From: Macrostomum lignano
Taxonomy: Eukaryota
Direction of reading: 5' to 3'
Assembly: GCA_002269645.1 (NCBI GenBank)
Contig: NIVC01001604.1
Span: 1 to 64,000, forward strand
Length of the DNA: 64,000 nucleotides
A program made the position numbers and the translations under genes. The notes under the pieces were generated by a model, which made no database searches, had not been told where the DNA came from, and saw nothing but the letters and a program-made list of their open reading frames with translations. Shown in pieces: positions 32,797-45,000 of this stretch. The first letter of the stretch is position 1. Each line of letters begins with the position of its first letter.

Positions 32797-34125
32797 ATGC
32801 CTTCCTGCCCCAGCTGCCGAGGCTTTGTGGCTTCTTCTGCATCATCCCGGGTCCCCGCCTTCCCTGCGAATCCCTCGACGCAACAGGCGCGCGCCCAACT
32901 CCGCTCTCTCTGCCTCTCGCTGGCGGTTGATCTAACTGGCACCCGCCTGCCAGCATCTCCGGCTCGGCTCTCTTTCCAGGAAGAGGCGAGGCAGCTCCAG
33001 GCGCAACAGGAAATGCTGCTGCACGACCAGGTGAGGCTCTGAGCATCTGTCAGCTTGTCGGACTTCTGGAAATTTATGTCACAACTGTTTCTCAGCGTTT
33101 AAGTGCTTCTTACCTTGCATTGTCTCTAGCTTAGGGGTCTAGCTCAGGTCCCTGACCCCTGCCTCAGTTCCAGCTCCGCCAGTCTCTCACCCTGACCCCT
33201 GCCTCAGTTCCAGCTCCGCCAGTCTCTCACCCTGACCCCTGCCTCAGTTCCAGCTCCGCCAGTCTCTCACCCTGACCCCTGCCTCAGTTCCAGCTCCGCC
33301 AGTCTCTCACCCTGACCCCTGCCTCAGGTCCAGCTCCGCCAGTCTCTCACCCTGACCCCTGCCTCAGTTCCAGCTCCGCCAGTCTCTCACCCTGACCCTG
33401 CCTCAGTTCCAGCTCCGCCAGTCTCTCACCCTGACCCCTGCCTCAGTTCCAGCTCCGCCAGTCTCTCACCCTGACCCCTGCCTCAGTTCCAGCTCCGCCA
33501 GTCTCCACCGGCTCCATCACCGCTGCACGCGGTGGACGGCGCTTTGGCCGATTTCGACTTCGCCTCGAGCGTCGAGTCGGCCTTCGCATTTCCTCCAGCC
33601 GGAGTTCTGGCCCAGCAGCAGCAGCAGCAGCAGCAGCAGTTCCAGCAGTTTCAGCATCCTCAGCATCCTCAGCATCTTCAGCCGCTTCTGACTTCGCATA
33701 GCGGATTGTTCTTTGGTGCCAACGACAGCCAGCAGCAGCTTCTGCTGATGCGCAGGCAGCAGCCGCAGATCCACGACGAAAATCAGCACCAGCAGCATCA
33801 GCAGCACCAGCAGCATCAGCAGCACCAGCAGCATCAGCAGCACCAGCAGCACCAGCAAAACCTTCAGCAGCACCAGCACAGTCCTAGCGACGTCCTTCTG
33901 TCGTCAACCACATGCGACAGCCATCAGCACCAGCACCAGCTGCTCCTTGGCTTCGGGGACGCCGAACTGCAGCATCAACCGCTGCAGCTGCAGCAGTCCT
34001 CATCTTCACTGCTGCTGAAGATGGAGCCAACGGATGCGCTGATGGAGGAGAAGCCGTCAGTTGCGACCCAATTCTGTCTCTCCCACAGCCAAATATCGGA
34101 GTTCGCCATGCAACAGCAGCAACAA

Positions 34126-34158
<33 letters not shown>

Positions 34159-37100
34159 CAACAACAGTCACAAGAGCAGCAGCCAGGGTTTGTCTGCCAG
34201 CAGTCGCAGCTGGACTTCAGTAGCTACCCCCAGCCGCTGCCCGGCTTCACCCTGCCGCCTGTGACGAGCCTCACGGGGCTGCAGTCGCGGTCAGCAGCGT
34301 TCAGCGAGGCAGCCACCTCGCCTGCGCAGCCGATCCTGGCGCCGCTGACCTCCGCTGCTGTGGCAGCAGCTGCAGGCTCCGGGCGCAGCTCGCCGGCCGA
34401 CACCCTGGAATCATCGTCCGCTGACGAGGCCGCTTCGAAAGGCCTGGCGTGTCTGGTGTGCGGGGACCACGCCTCCTGCCAGCACTACGGCGTGCGCACC
34501 TGCGAGGGCTGCAAAGGATTCTTCAAGGTAAAGCTGGTCGTGTTTTTCCGTAGTGCGGCATGGCGGGGCTTGGTGTAAACAAGGAGGGCTGCGGGAACCG
34601 TGGCACAACGCATTCGGCGACATCGTGCCATAACTAGCGATGAGACACTCCTGCCCACTCCACTGACTCCTGAGCACAATACATACTGGCACGCACTCAT
34701 GCACATGCTCAAACAGGGATCGTCAGGCATTGGTGTGAATCAGAAGACAATCCTCAGGCATTGGTGAATCGTTTGGCATTGGTGAATCGTCAGGCATTGG
34801 TGAATCGTCAGGAATTGGTGAATCGTCAGGAATTGGTGAATCGTCAGGAATTGGTGAATCGTCAGGAATTCGTGAATCGTCAGGAATTCGTGAATCGTCA
34901 GGAATTGGTGAATCGTAAGGAATTGGTGAATCGTAAGGAATTGGTGAATCGTCAGGCATTGGTGAATCGTCAGGCATTGGTGAATCGTCAGGCATTGGTG
35001 AATCGTCAGGAATTGGTGAATCATCAGGAATTGGTGAATCGTCAGGCATTGGTGAATCGTCAGGCATTGGTGAATCGTCAGGAATTGGTGTGAATCAAAA
35101 GCAAAATTAATGTGGCTGTGCGATGAATCGAACCCAGAGAGTAACAGACGCGTTTGCCTCGAGGCAACTCTTGCCCCCCATAGTGTGGTGTGGTGACGTG
35201 AAGTTTTTAGTGGACCACGGAATGTGTGTAGCCAAATATTTTTTCTAGCTGCCCTACCCTCACTGAATTTCCCTAATCGCATTTGCAGCGAACAATCCAG
35301 AAGAACGCTCAGTACACCTGCCAGCACAACAACGATTGCGTAATCGATAAAAAACGGAGAAACCGTTGCCAGCATTGCCGCTTTCGCAAGTGCCTGAAAG
35401 TTGGAATGGTCAAAGAGGGTGAGTGAGCAGTTCTCGTAGGTTATCAATTTTTCACAACCTGCCAGCTAAATCATCAGTCACCAGTGCAATTAATCCACCA
35501 AACTACTCAAAGCGTCAGTCACATCTCTGACCGACTCCCCATCACTAAAAGTCTTGACCCACTACTCAAATCACCAGTCCCAAACCTGACCCACTACTCA
35601 AACCACCAGTTTCAAACATGACCCACTACTCAAACCACCAGTCCCGACCCTGACCCACTACTCAAACCACCAGTTTCAAACATGACCCACTACTCAAACC
35701 AACAACTCTCGAAATCCCCCCAGTTGTCCGCTCGGACAGCCTCAAAGGCCGCCGCGGCCGCCTGTCATCCAAGGCGACACCGCCGGGCTACGCGACGCCG
35801 ACTACCGACGTGTCGGTCAACTGCGCCGGCAATGGAGCGTCGTTAGCCGTCTCGACAAGCGGCGTCGCAGCCATGGCAACCACAGCGGCTGCAGCGGCGG
35901 CTGTGGTGGCTACGACGGCTGTCTCAGCGGCAGGTTCAACTGCCGGACCACCACTGCAAAACGGCGCCGCCATCTCGTCGGCGAACTCCCAGACGGCGAT
36001 GACGGCGACGATGCTCTGCGTGATCAGCAGCGCCAACCTCAGCTGCGAGCCCGTGCTGCTGCTGTCGGCGCAGCCTGACGCCAGCGGCAGCGGCCTCGGC
36101 TGCGACTTGCTGGCCGCGGAGTTCGGCTCGGCGCTGGCGGCGAGTCTCGACGTAGCCGAGCAGTTCGCCGGCCAGGTGCCCGGCTTCGGCGACCTGCCGC
36201 TGGCCGACCAGTCCGCCCTGATTGTCTGCCACGGCCTGGATGTGGTGGTTGCCAGGGCGGCGTACAGGTGAGGAAGGGAAGGGCTGAGAGGGCTGCAGTC
36301 CCTTTCATTCACATGGTCCTCATCCCATAAGCCTTCAACAGGTGCATGGGCACCTTCCCGTAATCTGTCAGATTTGAAAGATCCGTTAAGAACATGCAGT
36401 TGCATTTTATTTAAAACCTCAGAGCTACGCAGCTGTCAGATCAAGAATTCGTGCTGGACAGTGGCTATCCCCTGTTGCCATGGAAACTGAGCTCGCTGCG
36501 CCTGCTAGACTGGCTGGAGTCGCTGCGAGGCTTGAGCAGCCTGATGGCGAATGTGATTCGAGACGACAAGCAGGCGTTCGGGGGCCTGGCAGCCAGCCTG
36601 TTGCTGTTTTTCAACCCGCAGGAAGGTGAGAGACACGGTCACCTGTATGTTCACAGTCCGCTGTTTGTTCACTGTGTTCAAGGTCACCTGTATGTTCACA
36701 GTCCGCTGTTTGCTCACTGTGTTCACGGTCACCTGTATGTTCACAGTCCGCTGTTTGTTCACGGTCACCTGTATGTTCACAGTCCGCTGCTTGTTCATGG
36801 TCACCTGTATGTTCACAGTCCGCTGTTTGTTCACTGGTTTCATGGTCACCTGTATGTTCACAGTCCGCTGTTTGTTCACTGTGTTTACGGTCACCTGTAT
36901 GTTCACAGTCCGCTGTTTGTTCACTGTGTTCATGGTCACCTGTATGTTCACAGTCCGCTGTTTGTTCACTGTGTTTACGGTCACCTGTATGTTCACAGTC
37001 CGCTGTTTGTTCACTGTGTTCATGGTCACCTGTATGTTCACAGTCCGCTGTTTGTTCACTGTGTTTACGGTCACCTGTATGTTCACAGTTTGCTGTTTGT

Positions 37101-39466
37101 TCACTGTGTTTACGGTCACCTGTATGTTCACAGTCCGCTGTTTGTTCACTGTGTTCACGGTCACCTGTATGTTCACAGTCCGCTGTTTGTTCACTGTGTT
37201 CACGGTCACCTGTATGTTCACAGTCCGCTGTTTGTTCACGGTCACCTGTATGTTCACAGTCCGCTGCTTGTTCATGGTCACCTGTATGTTCACAGTCCGC
37301 TGTTTGTTCACTGGTTTCATGGTCACCTGTATGTTCACAGTCCGCTGTTTGTTCACTGTGTTTACGGTCACCTGTATGTTCACAGTCCGCTGTTTGTTCA
37401 CTGTGTTCATGGTCACCTGTATGTTCACAGTCCGCTGTTTGTTCACTGTGTTCATGGTCACCTGTATGTTCACAGTCCGCTGTTTGTTCACTGTGTTTAC
37501 GGTCACCTGTATGTTCACAGTCCGCTGTTTGTTCACTGTGTTCAAGGTCACCTGTATGTTCACAGTCCGCTGTTTGTTCACTGTGTTTACGGTCACCTGT
37601 ATGTTCACAGTCCGCTGTTTGTTCACTGTGTTCATGGTCACCTGTATGTTCACAGTCCGCTGTTTGTTCACTGTGTTTACGGTCACCTGTATGTTCACAG
37701 TTTGCTGTTTGTTCACTGTGTTTACGGTCACCTGTATGTTCACAGTCCGCTGTTTGTTCACGGTCACCTGTATGTTCACAGTCCGCTGTTTGTTCACGGT
37801 CACCTGTATGTTCACAGTCCGCTGTTTGTTCACTGTCACCTGACTGTTCACGATCACCTATCTGTTCACTGTCACCTGACTGTTCACGATCACCTATCTG
37901 TTCACTGTCACCTGTATGTTCACGGTCACCTGACTGCTCAAGGTATTTTTGTCTGTTCAAGTGGTAGTCTGCCTGTTCACGGTAGACTGGCTGTTCACTG
38001 TTGTCTGCCTGTTCACTGTAGTCTGTCTGTTCACTGTAGTCTGTCTGTTCACAGTAGTATTCTGTCTGTTCACAGTAGTAGTCTGTCTGTTCACAGTAGT
38101 CTGTCTGTTAATTCACTGTAGTCTGCCTGTCCACTGTAGACTGGCTGTTTATGTGGTAGTTTGTTTTGTCACACCACACTAAGGGCTGGTCGCAGCGGTT
38201 CATGCGCCAGTTGCATCGCACGCAATTTCAGAGAGATTCCTCATTCGGAATCCCCGCCCCGAAAATACCTCTCAAATATTCGAGGCCACGCGTTCATACA
38301 TTTGCCGGGATGTTCGATAAAAAGCTCGCAGCTGCAGAGCGACTTCAGGAATTTGCCGGCGGAGGGCTGGCTGGCTGGCCTGACTGGGCCTGCAGCCCGG
38401 GCCCGTTACGCATGCGCCAGCACCTCTTTTTTCTTCACAGTGCGTTCGGAACTGGGCCGCTGCGCTCCCAGTACTTCGTTTCTAATTACAGTATATCCTC
38501 TCCGTAAACAGTGAGGAATAAGCGAGGAAAAAATCCCAATAGTAGTTTATGAAGAGCGAAATCCTCTGTCTGCAACTGAAAGTCTGCAGTGAATCAGAGG
38601 GATTGGTCAGCGCTGTCAGATGGGCGCTCGGTCATGCAAAGCTCCCATCCGCCCCTTCCAGATCCACCCAAAACTCCCTCCAGATCCTCCCAATAATCCC
38701 ACCGCCCTTCCACATCCTCCCAAAACTCCCATCCGCCCCTCCAGATCCTCCCAATATTCTCATCCGCCCCTCCAGATCCTCCCAATATTCTCATCCGCCC
38801 CTCCAGATCCTCCCAATATTCTCATCCGCCCCTCCAGATCCTCCCAATATTCTCATCCGCCCCTCCAGATCCTCCCAATATTCTCATCCGCCCCTCCAGA
38901 TCCTCCCAATATTCTCATCCGCCCCTCCAGATCCTCCCAATATTCTCATCCGCCCCTCCAGATCCTCCCAATATTCTCATCCGCCCCTCCAGATCCTCCC
39001 AATATTCTCATCCGCCCCTCCAGATCCTCCCAAAACTCCCATCCGCCATCAACACCAATCCACGCGCATCAGCATCCTTTCCCCTTAGTGAAAGCCCCAT
39101 AGCCAAACTCCATATTTCGATGCTCAAGACATGCGCCCGTCTGAACTGCACCACACCGCAGAGCGGCTCATTCTGGATGACAGCGGCCAGCTGTACAGCC
39201 TGCAGCACAAGCTGATCGAAGTGCTGAAGGTCCACTGCTGCAGCGGGTGCGTCGCCCAGACTAGACGGGACTCGACCTACTTGAGCAGTCTGCTCAAACT
39301 GCGCCACGCTGTGCGCAGCAGCGTCCGCCAGTCGCTCCTACCAGCCATGACGGCCGACCCGTCCTCTGTGCTGCTGCGCAACGCGCCGCCGAAACTGCGG
39401 GACGCCCTCGGCTGCGCAGCGGACGCTGCGGTGGCATTTGGCAACTTCAACAAGCCATCCAGCTGA
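32797..39466 (+). CDS. NR4A: Nuclear receptor NR4A/HR38-like. Exons ~32797-33030, 33502-34527, 35289-35418, 35724-36267, 36423-36625, 39129-39466
   Basis: [29 protein letters not shown]|RTIQKNAQY...[12 protein letters not shown] and the NR4A-specific A-box [17 protein letters not shown] blocks FAGQVPGF..L...[24 protein letters not shown]. All five introns are GT-AG and phase-compatible. First exon start uncertain. Confidence 0.92.
33150..33501. repeat. 40-bp minisatellite x~9 in NR4A intron 1, ending at the acceptor
   Basis: CCTGACCCCTGCCTCAGTTCCAGCTCCGCCAGTCTCTCAC units. Confidence 0.95.
34755..35090. repeat. 18-bp minisatellite (GGTGAATCGTCAGGMATT) x~18 in NR4A intron 2
   Basis: Directly visible. 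Confidence 0.95.
35548..35700. repeat. ~32-bp repeat (GACCCACTACTCAAACCACCAGT...) x~4-5 in NR4A intron 3
   Basis: Directly visible. Confidence 0.8.
36631..37930. repeat. 45/36-bp compound minisatellite (GGTCACCTGTATGTTCACAGTCCGCTGTTTGTTCACTGTGTT..) in NR4A intron 5
   Basis: Directly visible; starts a few bases after the donor at 36626. Confidence 0.95.
38645..39045. repeat. 31-bp minisatellite (CTCATCCGCCCCTCCAGATCCTCCCAATATT) x~10 in NR4A intron 5
   Basis: Period 31 (38761, 38792, ...). Confidence 0.95.
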
Positions 39467-40190
39467 ATGCGAAGGAATCAAAGAGGCGCTTGATGGGGAG
39501 ATGAGCCTCTTTGATACCCCGGATTACCCCGGAGAAACAGGCGGAGCTATCGGATGGCATTGACAGAGACATACCCCATAAGCACGCGTCTTGGGTCTCA
39601 ATTAGACCTGTTGAAAATAGCCGATTTCGAATTCTATTTTTAGAAGCCAGGGGATTCCCCCGAGAAACATAGGACTACCCCATTGACTGGGTGGCGTCAT
39701 AGACAGCACTATATTTTTCCAAGCCCCAGAGGAGATTTTGTGGCCGAAAGTAACGGGAAAGGTTCCTCTAAAAAATCGATACGGAAAGCTTTAGGAAAAG
39801 TCACTTGAAGGAGGAATTTCATTCTTATCTCCCGCCGCTTTGTCCGCTTTGAAGAGTCTGAAGCGATGCTGTCACACCCTTAACCTGCTTTCAGCCCTTG
39901 CAGAGCCTTGAAACTGACCCCCTGCTTGCTTGATCAAGTGTCAAAAGCTGACAGCTTAGTTACTATTTCATATTATTTTTCCACTCCAAATAACTGCTTT
40001 TTTGCGCTTTTTACCCAACTGTCTATGTGTAGGCCTTTTGTCAGCGCTCGCCGGAGGAGCCGCTTGCCTTCCACCTGCGACCTGAGCGGTTTGCCCGCTT
40101 TAACGCATTCTCACCAAGCCAGCCAGCCAGCATGCTTTTCTGCGACTTTGCCACTTTTTCTACACTGCGCGTTCAACTCAACTTGTTTTT

Positions 40191-40520
40191 GGGGTGTCGA
40201 AATGCGTGTGTAGCGCTGCGAACACAGCGATTTGTACATGCGCAGGGGGTGTCGAAATGCGTGTGTAGCGCTGCGAACACAGCGATTTGTACATGCGCAG
40301 GGGTGTCGAAATGCGTGTGTAGCGCTGCGAACACAGCGATTTGTACATGCGCAGGGGGTGTCGAAATGCGTGTGTAGCGCTGCGAACACAGCGATTTGTA
40401 CATGCGCAGGGGGTGTCGAAATGCGTGTGTAGCGCTGCGAACACAGCGATTTGTACATGCGCAGGGGGTGTCGAAATGCGTGTGTAGCGCTGCAAACACA
40501 GCGATTTGTACATGCGCAGG
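40191..40520. repeat. 55-bp minisatellite x6
   Basis: GTCGAAATGCG at 40196, 40251, 40305, 40360, 40415, 40470. Confidence 0.95.
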
Positions 40521-41924
40521 CAAAATCCTCAGTTCAATAGAGAAATAGTTGCATCGGTAAATTGGATTTTACGGGCACCTCTGAATGCATAGTGAACCAG
40601 CTCCATGCTCCAGGACCATTGCTGTTTTAGCTTTTTCCTTCCTTACCTTTTGACTATGATTTCTTACTATTAGAGCGAATTCCTACGGTTTTTATGTTTA
40701 CAGTACATAATATTTAAAATTTGCTGAGCATTAGCACTGGAACCATACCAAAGCCAACCCTGTACGCCTAATAACACACCTAGTTTCTGTTTGTTTTGCC
40801 CTGCACTCCAGTTCCAAACCCATGCCTGCACAATGCCATTCTTTGTCGACATTCGCGCGTCCCACTCTCTCCTGTGCGCCGGTCAGCGGCCCCCGCTGCA
40901 CTCCGCATGCTTTTTTATTTTCACGTCCACGCGGTGCCTCGGCCTCTGCCTTCTCTTTCCTTTGCAGCGCGACAGGCTTGGAATTGTGGAATAAAAACTG
41001 ACAAACCATCTAGCTGTGAAGATTTATTGTAATTAATTACTGGCCGTCTGTTGCGAATGAGTGGCATCGCTGAGAAATTCTGCAACGGCTGTCACTTTTG
41101 ACCCTTCTGTGCTTGGGTTAATTCTTTGCGACTTCTTTCAGCCGGGGCCAACCCGTCAGGACTGGCATATGAACGTGTATTTTCAAAAGTATCATAAATC
41201 ATAAAAGTATGCATCAGTCAAGAGAGGGGCGAGGGTTGCTGAGCATTCGATGGCAATAGCAACGTACATGATTGGGGTGCAGGTGAGAAAACCATAAAAT
41301 ACAATTACAAGTATTTTTATTGTATGAAATTCACGAATTTAACGAGTATTTAACGAATTATCGCTGACATATCTCTTTCTCTCTCTAAAAAAGAAACATA
41401 GGGCGGAATTAAAATCAATTGCTGGAACGAATTATCGCTTTGCGGCCCAACCAGTCAGGCTATTTTAGTCTGTGTGTCTAAAGGATGGAGAAAAATAAAT
41501 TTTATCAATACTTGTAGATCCCAAAAGGTCAGAATGAACTTTCCCCCGTCCAGGCTTTCATTGGATTACTTTGTTACCGAATTCTCCCAGAAGAAGTTGA
41601 CTAAACGTGTATTGTCAAAATTGAATCAGAGTTTGTCAAAATTGAAGCTTGATCTGTCAATATTGATTGTAGATTTTGAGTGCCCGACCATAGAGTGTCA
41701 ATATTGAAGAGGAGTTTGCCGGTTTCGAAGTTCTCCTTGTTCAAAATCGAGGGTAAAATGGTGTATTTCAACAAGGAATACTAAACATTTAGAATTTTTT
41801 TCTCAGCAACAAATTCAGCGGATTAACCTTAATCTTTGCTTTGAAAATCCATGTAACAGTCCTTGAAAACAAACAAAAGTCACCGTCCGCTTTACTCACA
41901 CGTCATATCTGTAGCGGAGAGGCG

Positions 41925-42516
41925 GAATGCCCTTTGTGGCCCTAGCAGAGCGGCGCAGTGGCTCTTCAGGCTCCGCAAGATCTGATACCGCCAACTCATC
42001 GCCGGTCAGAGTGTCGCGACTTTCCTAGTCATTTCTTAGTTCACCTTCACTTGTTGCTGTAATAGCAGCTGGTAACGACTAGCCACTTGTCGCCATTGAA
42101 GTCCAGCAGATCACAACCAACCTTGGTCCATGGTGCATTCGGAATCTCATGGTTCAACAGTGGTTTCTTTGGGTTGGCCGGCTGAAACGTCTGACACGCG
42201 CCGCAGTGCTTCACGAAGTTCTTAATGCCCTCTGACATGCCTGGCCAGTACAGAATTTGACGAGCTCGGGTCTCCGTCTTGCCCGCGCCAGCATGACCGT
42301 GGTATAAAATTTGCAGAATCTTCTGCCGCAACGATGCTGGAACAATAACGCGATCCAACTTCATCAGCACGCCATCATTGTAGGCCAAGTCCTCCTTGAA
42401 GCTCCAATACGGACGGACAGAGTGGCAAATGTTCCGAAAGTTGCTTGGCCAACCCACCTGAACCAACCGGGCTACAGCCCTCAAGTCCGAATAGTAGTAG
42501 GAAAATGGTACAGTCT
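41925..42516 (-). pseudogene. Ty3/gypsy pol fragment (integrase H2C2 zinc domain, start of rve, C-terminal LRRSAR remnant)
   Basis: HGHAG...ILYWPGM...CGACQ and PWTKVGCDLLDF; EPLRRSAR near 41930; the catalytic core is deleted. Confidence 0.85.
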
Positions 42517-42780
42517 GGCCAATCAGCGAGGAGGAGCCAATCAGCGAGGAGGAGCCAATCAGCGAGGAGGAGCCAATCAGCGAGGAGGAGCCAATCAGCG
42601 AGGAGGAGCCAATCAGCGAGGAGGAGCCAATCAGCGAGGAGGAGCCAATCAGCGAGGAGGAGCCAATCAGCGAGGAGGAGCCAATCAGCGAGGAGGAGCC
42701 AATCAGCGAGGAGGAGCCAATCAGCGAGGAGGAGCCAATCAGCGAGGAGGAGCCAATCAGCGAGGAGGAGCCAATCAACG
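42517..42780 (+). repeat. 18-bp tandem repeat AGCCAATCAGCGAGGAGG x15, each unit with a consensus CCAAT box
   Basis: Units at 42517, 42535, ... 42769; AGCCAATCAG matches the NF-Y consensus. Confidence 0.95.
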
Positions 42781-43080
42781 ATGAGGAGGCCCCTGGATGT
42801 GGTTGAGTGCCCATTGGTTAAGTGTCCTCTACTCATGCGTTTCAAGAACGATGTGATTGATCAAAAGGCCCGTTCCAGCAAAGGGTCCGATTGCTTGGAG
42901 TTTCCGAGTGGAAGAGATATTATTGGTCGAGAAAGCATTTAGAAGTAATTTCCTCGGAATTTCCTGGCAATGCAAGGAAGGGATTCTATTGGTCGAGGGG
43001 CCCCTGGTGGTCCCAGTACTGGGATTTGTTTGGTCAACACACCCAGCGTCAGAAGGGGTCCAGGACCCTTTATAAACATA
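42781..43080 (+). promoter_or_regulatory. Putative Pol II promoter (reverse CCAAT boxes, GGAATTTCC, TATAAA near 43071)
   Basis: Three ATTGG motifs, GGAATTTCC near 42956 and TATAAA about 60-80 nt before the PC4-like ORF. Confidence 0.45.
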
Positions 43081-43129
43081 GCACCTTGCGCTCGCTATGC
43101 TTCATGCCATTTTTAAAAAAATGAATTTA

Positions 43130-43402
43130 TGATGGCTTTCAGAGAACTACTATATGGTTATCGCTATCAGCCTGGTACCGGACACACGGACCATCAGTAT
43201 TCGAAAGTGGTTCAAGTCTGGCGAGGATCATCGGCCCGATGTGCCCGGCATGGAGCTCACCATCCATCAATTCCGACACCTGGCCAGCTTGAAACAGCGC
43301 TTGGAGGAGTTCGCTGACAGGAAACTCGATGCGCAATGCCTTCTGGGTGGCAACAGGCAAGTGCATGGTGGTCCAAGGTGCAAACGCCAATGCAGAAAGT
43401 GA
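43130..43402 (+). pseudogene. PC4/Sub1-like ssDNA-binding domain ORF (5' frameshift; second repeat truncated)
   Basis: YMVIAISLVPDTRTISIRKWFKSGEDHRPDVPGMELTIHQFRHL aligns by eye to PC4 [43 protein letters not shown]. Confidence 0.5.
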
Positions 43403-45000
43403 AAAGAAGAAATGTTTTAATGTGACATTTACGCAGGAGATGGTGAGCGCCTCTTGATATTGTTTGCTGCACCACAGTAAGACGGATGAGAGTAACATGA
43501 CCCACTGCTTCTCCGCTTAAAATATACTACAGTTAGGCAGGAACTCTAACCTTATGGTTATGCAGAGTTTAAGGTACGTAGATATCATCGTGACTGCATT
43601 GGCATCACCGAGTCAAATGCTTGAGCGTGTGTGCAATATACCAGTAGCTTGTCAGAAGCACTCAAAGATTGATTAAAAGATTTTAACAAAGGGATACAGT
43701 CATACATTGGCCATAAGAAGTTAATATCAGACATTGAACCTAAGTATGGAAACATTGTACAATAACGGTAAACGAAAAACATCTAATTTTTTTTTCGTTT
43801 CAAAATTACTGGTAACAAACGCAGGAGTAAATAAGACTCTTTTTTTGCTTTCCTAACACATCAACAGAGTTATCATCTGCAGTGACATTTTGCAAGCAAC
43901 TGACTGAGTATTGATAAAAATCAATATTCAAAACAATTTTGCTATAGCTCCTACTACGACCACTACTACTACTACTACTACTACTGGCGAGGTGGCGAGC
44001 TGAGCGAGGCGGTTGATCGGCGAAGGCAGCCAGCGGGTGCATGCCTGGGCCGGAGGCCGCCGGCGTGGAGGAGCATCGGGCGCACCCGAATCTGGAGACG
44101 AGGGGTGAACTTGCGACCTGACTGGAAACCTGAACTCCCAGAATAACTCTAACACAACCAAGGCAAAACATTTGAGTCTGAGCTAACCTCCCCCAGCCGG
44201 AGCAACCAGCTGCCTGTATAATGCTAAAGACCGAAAAAATCCTCCTCAAGTGTTGCTATAAACCCTTGCCGTTGCTAATCCCCGACAGACCCCGACAGAG
44301 GCGAAGGGAATAACCAAATATTATAAATAAAGGCTGCCTCAGCCCCCGAGCGGTGTTAGCTCGGATTTCAGTGAGATGAGGTTCAGCAATTGTTAACTCG
44401 AGTTTACCATTTATTTGAGTTACAAAGCAAAATGATGAGCCGTGATATCGTGTGTAAGCCCTCAGAAATAAACACGCGCCTCGGCGTTATAGCTCGTTTC
44501 TGCCCTCTGCAGCCCATCAATATTGGTATATTATATTTTATGTCCGCAAATTAGCGGGCAGAAAATGACATTAACTGCCCGGTAATTTGCGGGAAGTTTA
44601 ATAAGAGTTTCACATACGAGCTCTAATTGTGAAAAGCTTCGTTTTCATCAAATGAAAGTGTCTTGTAGTGATCCGCTAGTTTTGTGTTAGGCGTCGCACT
44701 ATTGTCAGCAGCTTCCCTCGCCCTCACCCTCGCCCTGGGTTGCTAGCTGTCTGCCGCTGGGCAGCTTCCTCCCTTTTTGCTGCCTGTTCTCTGTCGCCCC
44801 CCTCTCTTCTCTGCGCTCTTGCTTGCTACCATGAGCTGCTCTGCTGTGGCCTGCTCTGCGTTTCGTTCCTGTCCTGAGGTCAAGCTGGCGGCCTGTTTCC
44901 CTTGTCTTGTTTTCTCGGAGTTCTTAAGTGTTTACATGTTTACTGCACTCGTTGGCCCGTGTTTACGGGAGAAATCACGTGCCTTCTCTAAGGTAATAGG

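Noticed and set aside
33616-34165. CAG/polyQ-polyH tracts as a separate repeat system
   Set aside because: They are the low-complexity N-terminal activation region of NR4A exon 2, common in such transcription factors.
38166-38514. Extra NR4A exon within intron 5
   Set aside because: Exon 36423-36625 splices in phase directly to 39129 and restores LBD continuity; this segment has no receptor similarity.
41474-41830. Possible viral structural-gene remnant
   Set aside because: Short frames with stops on both strands and no identifiable motif.
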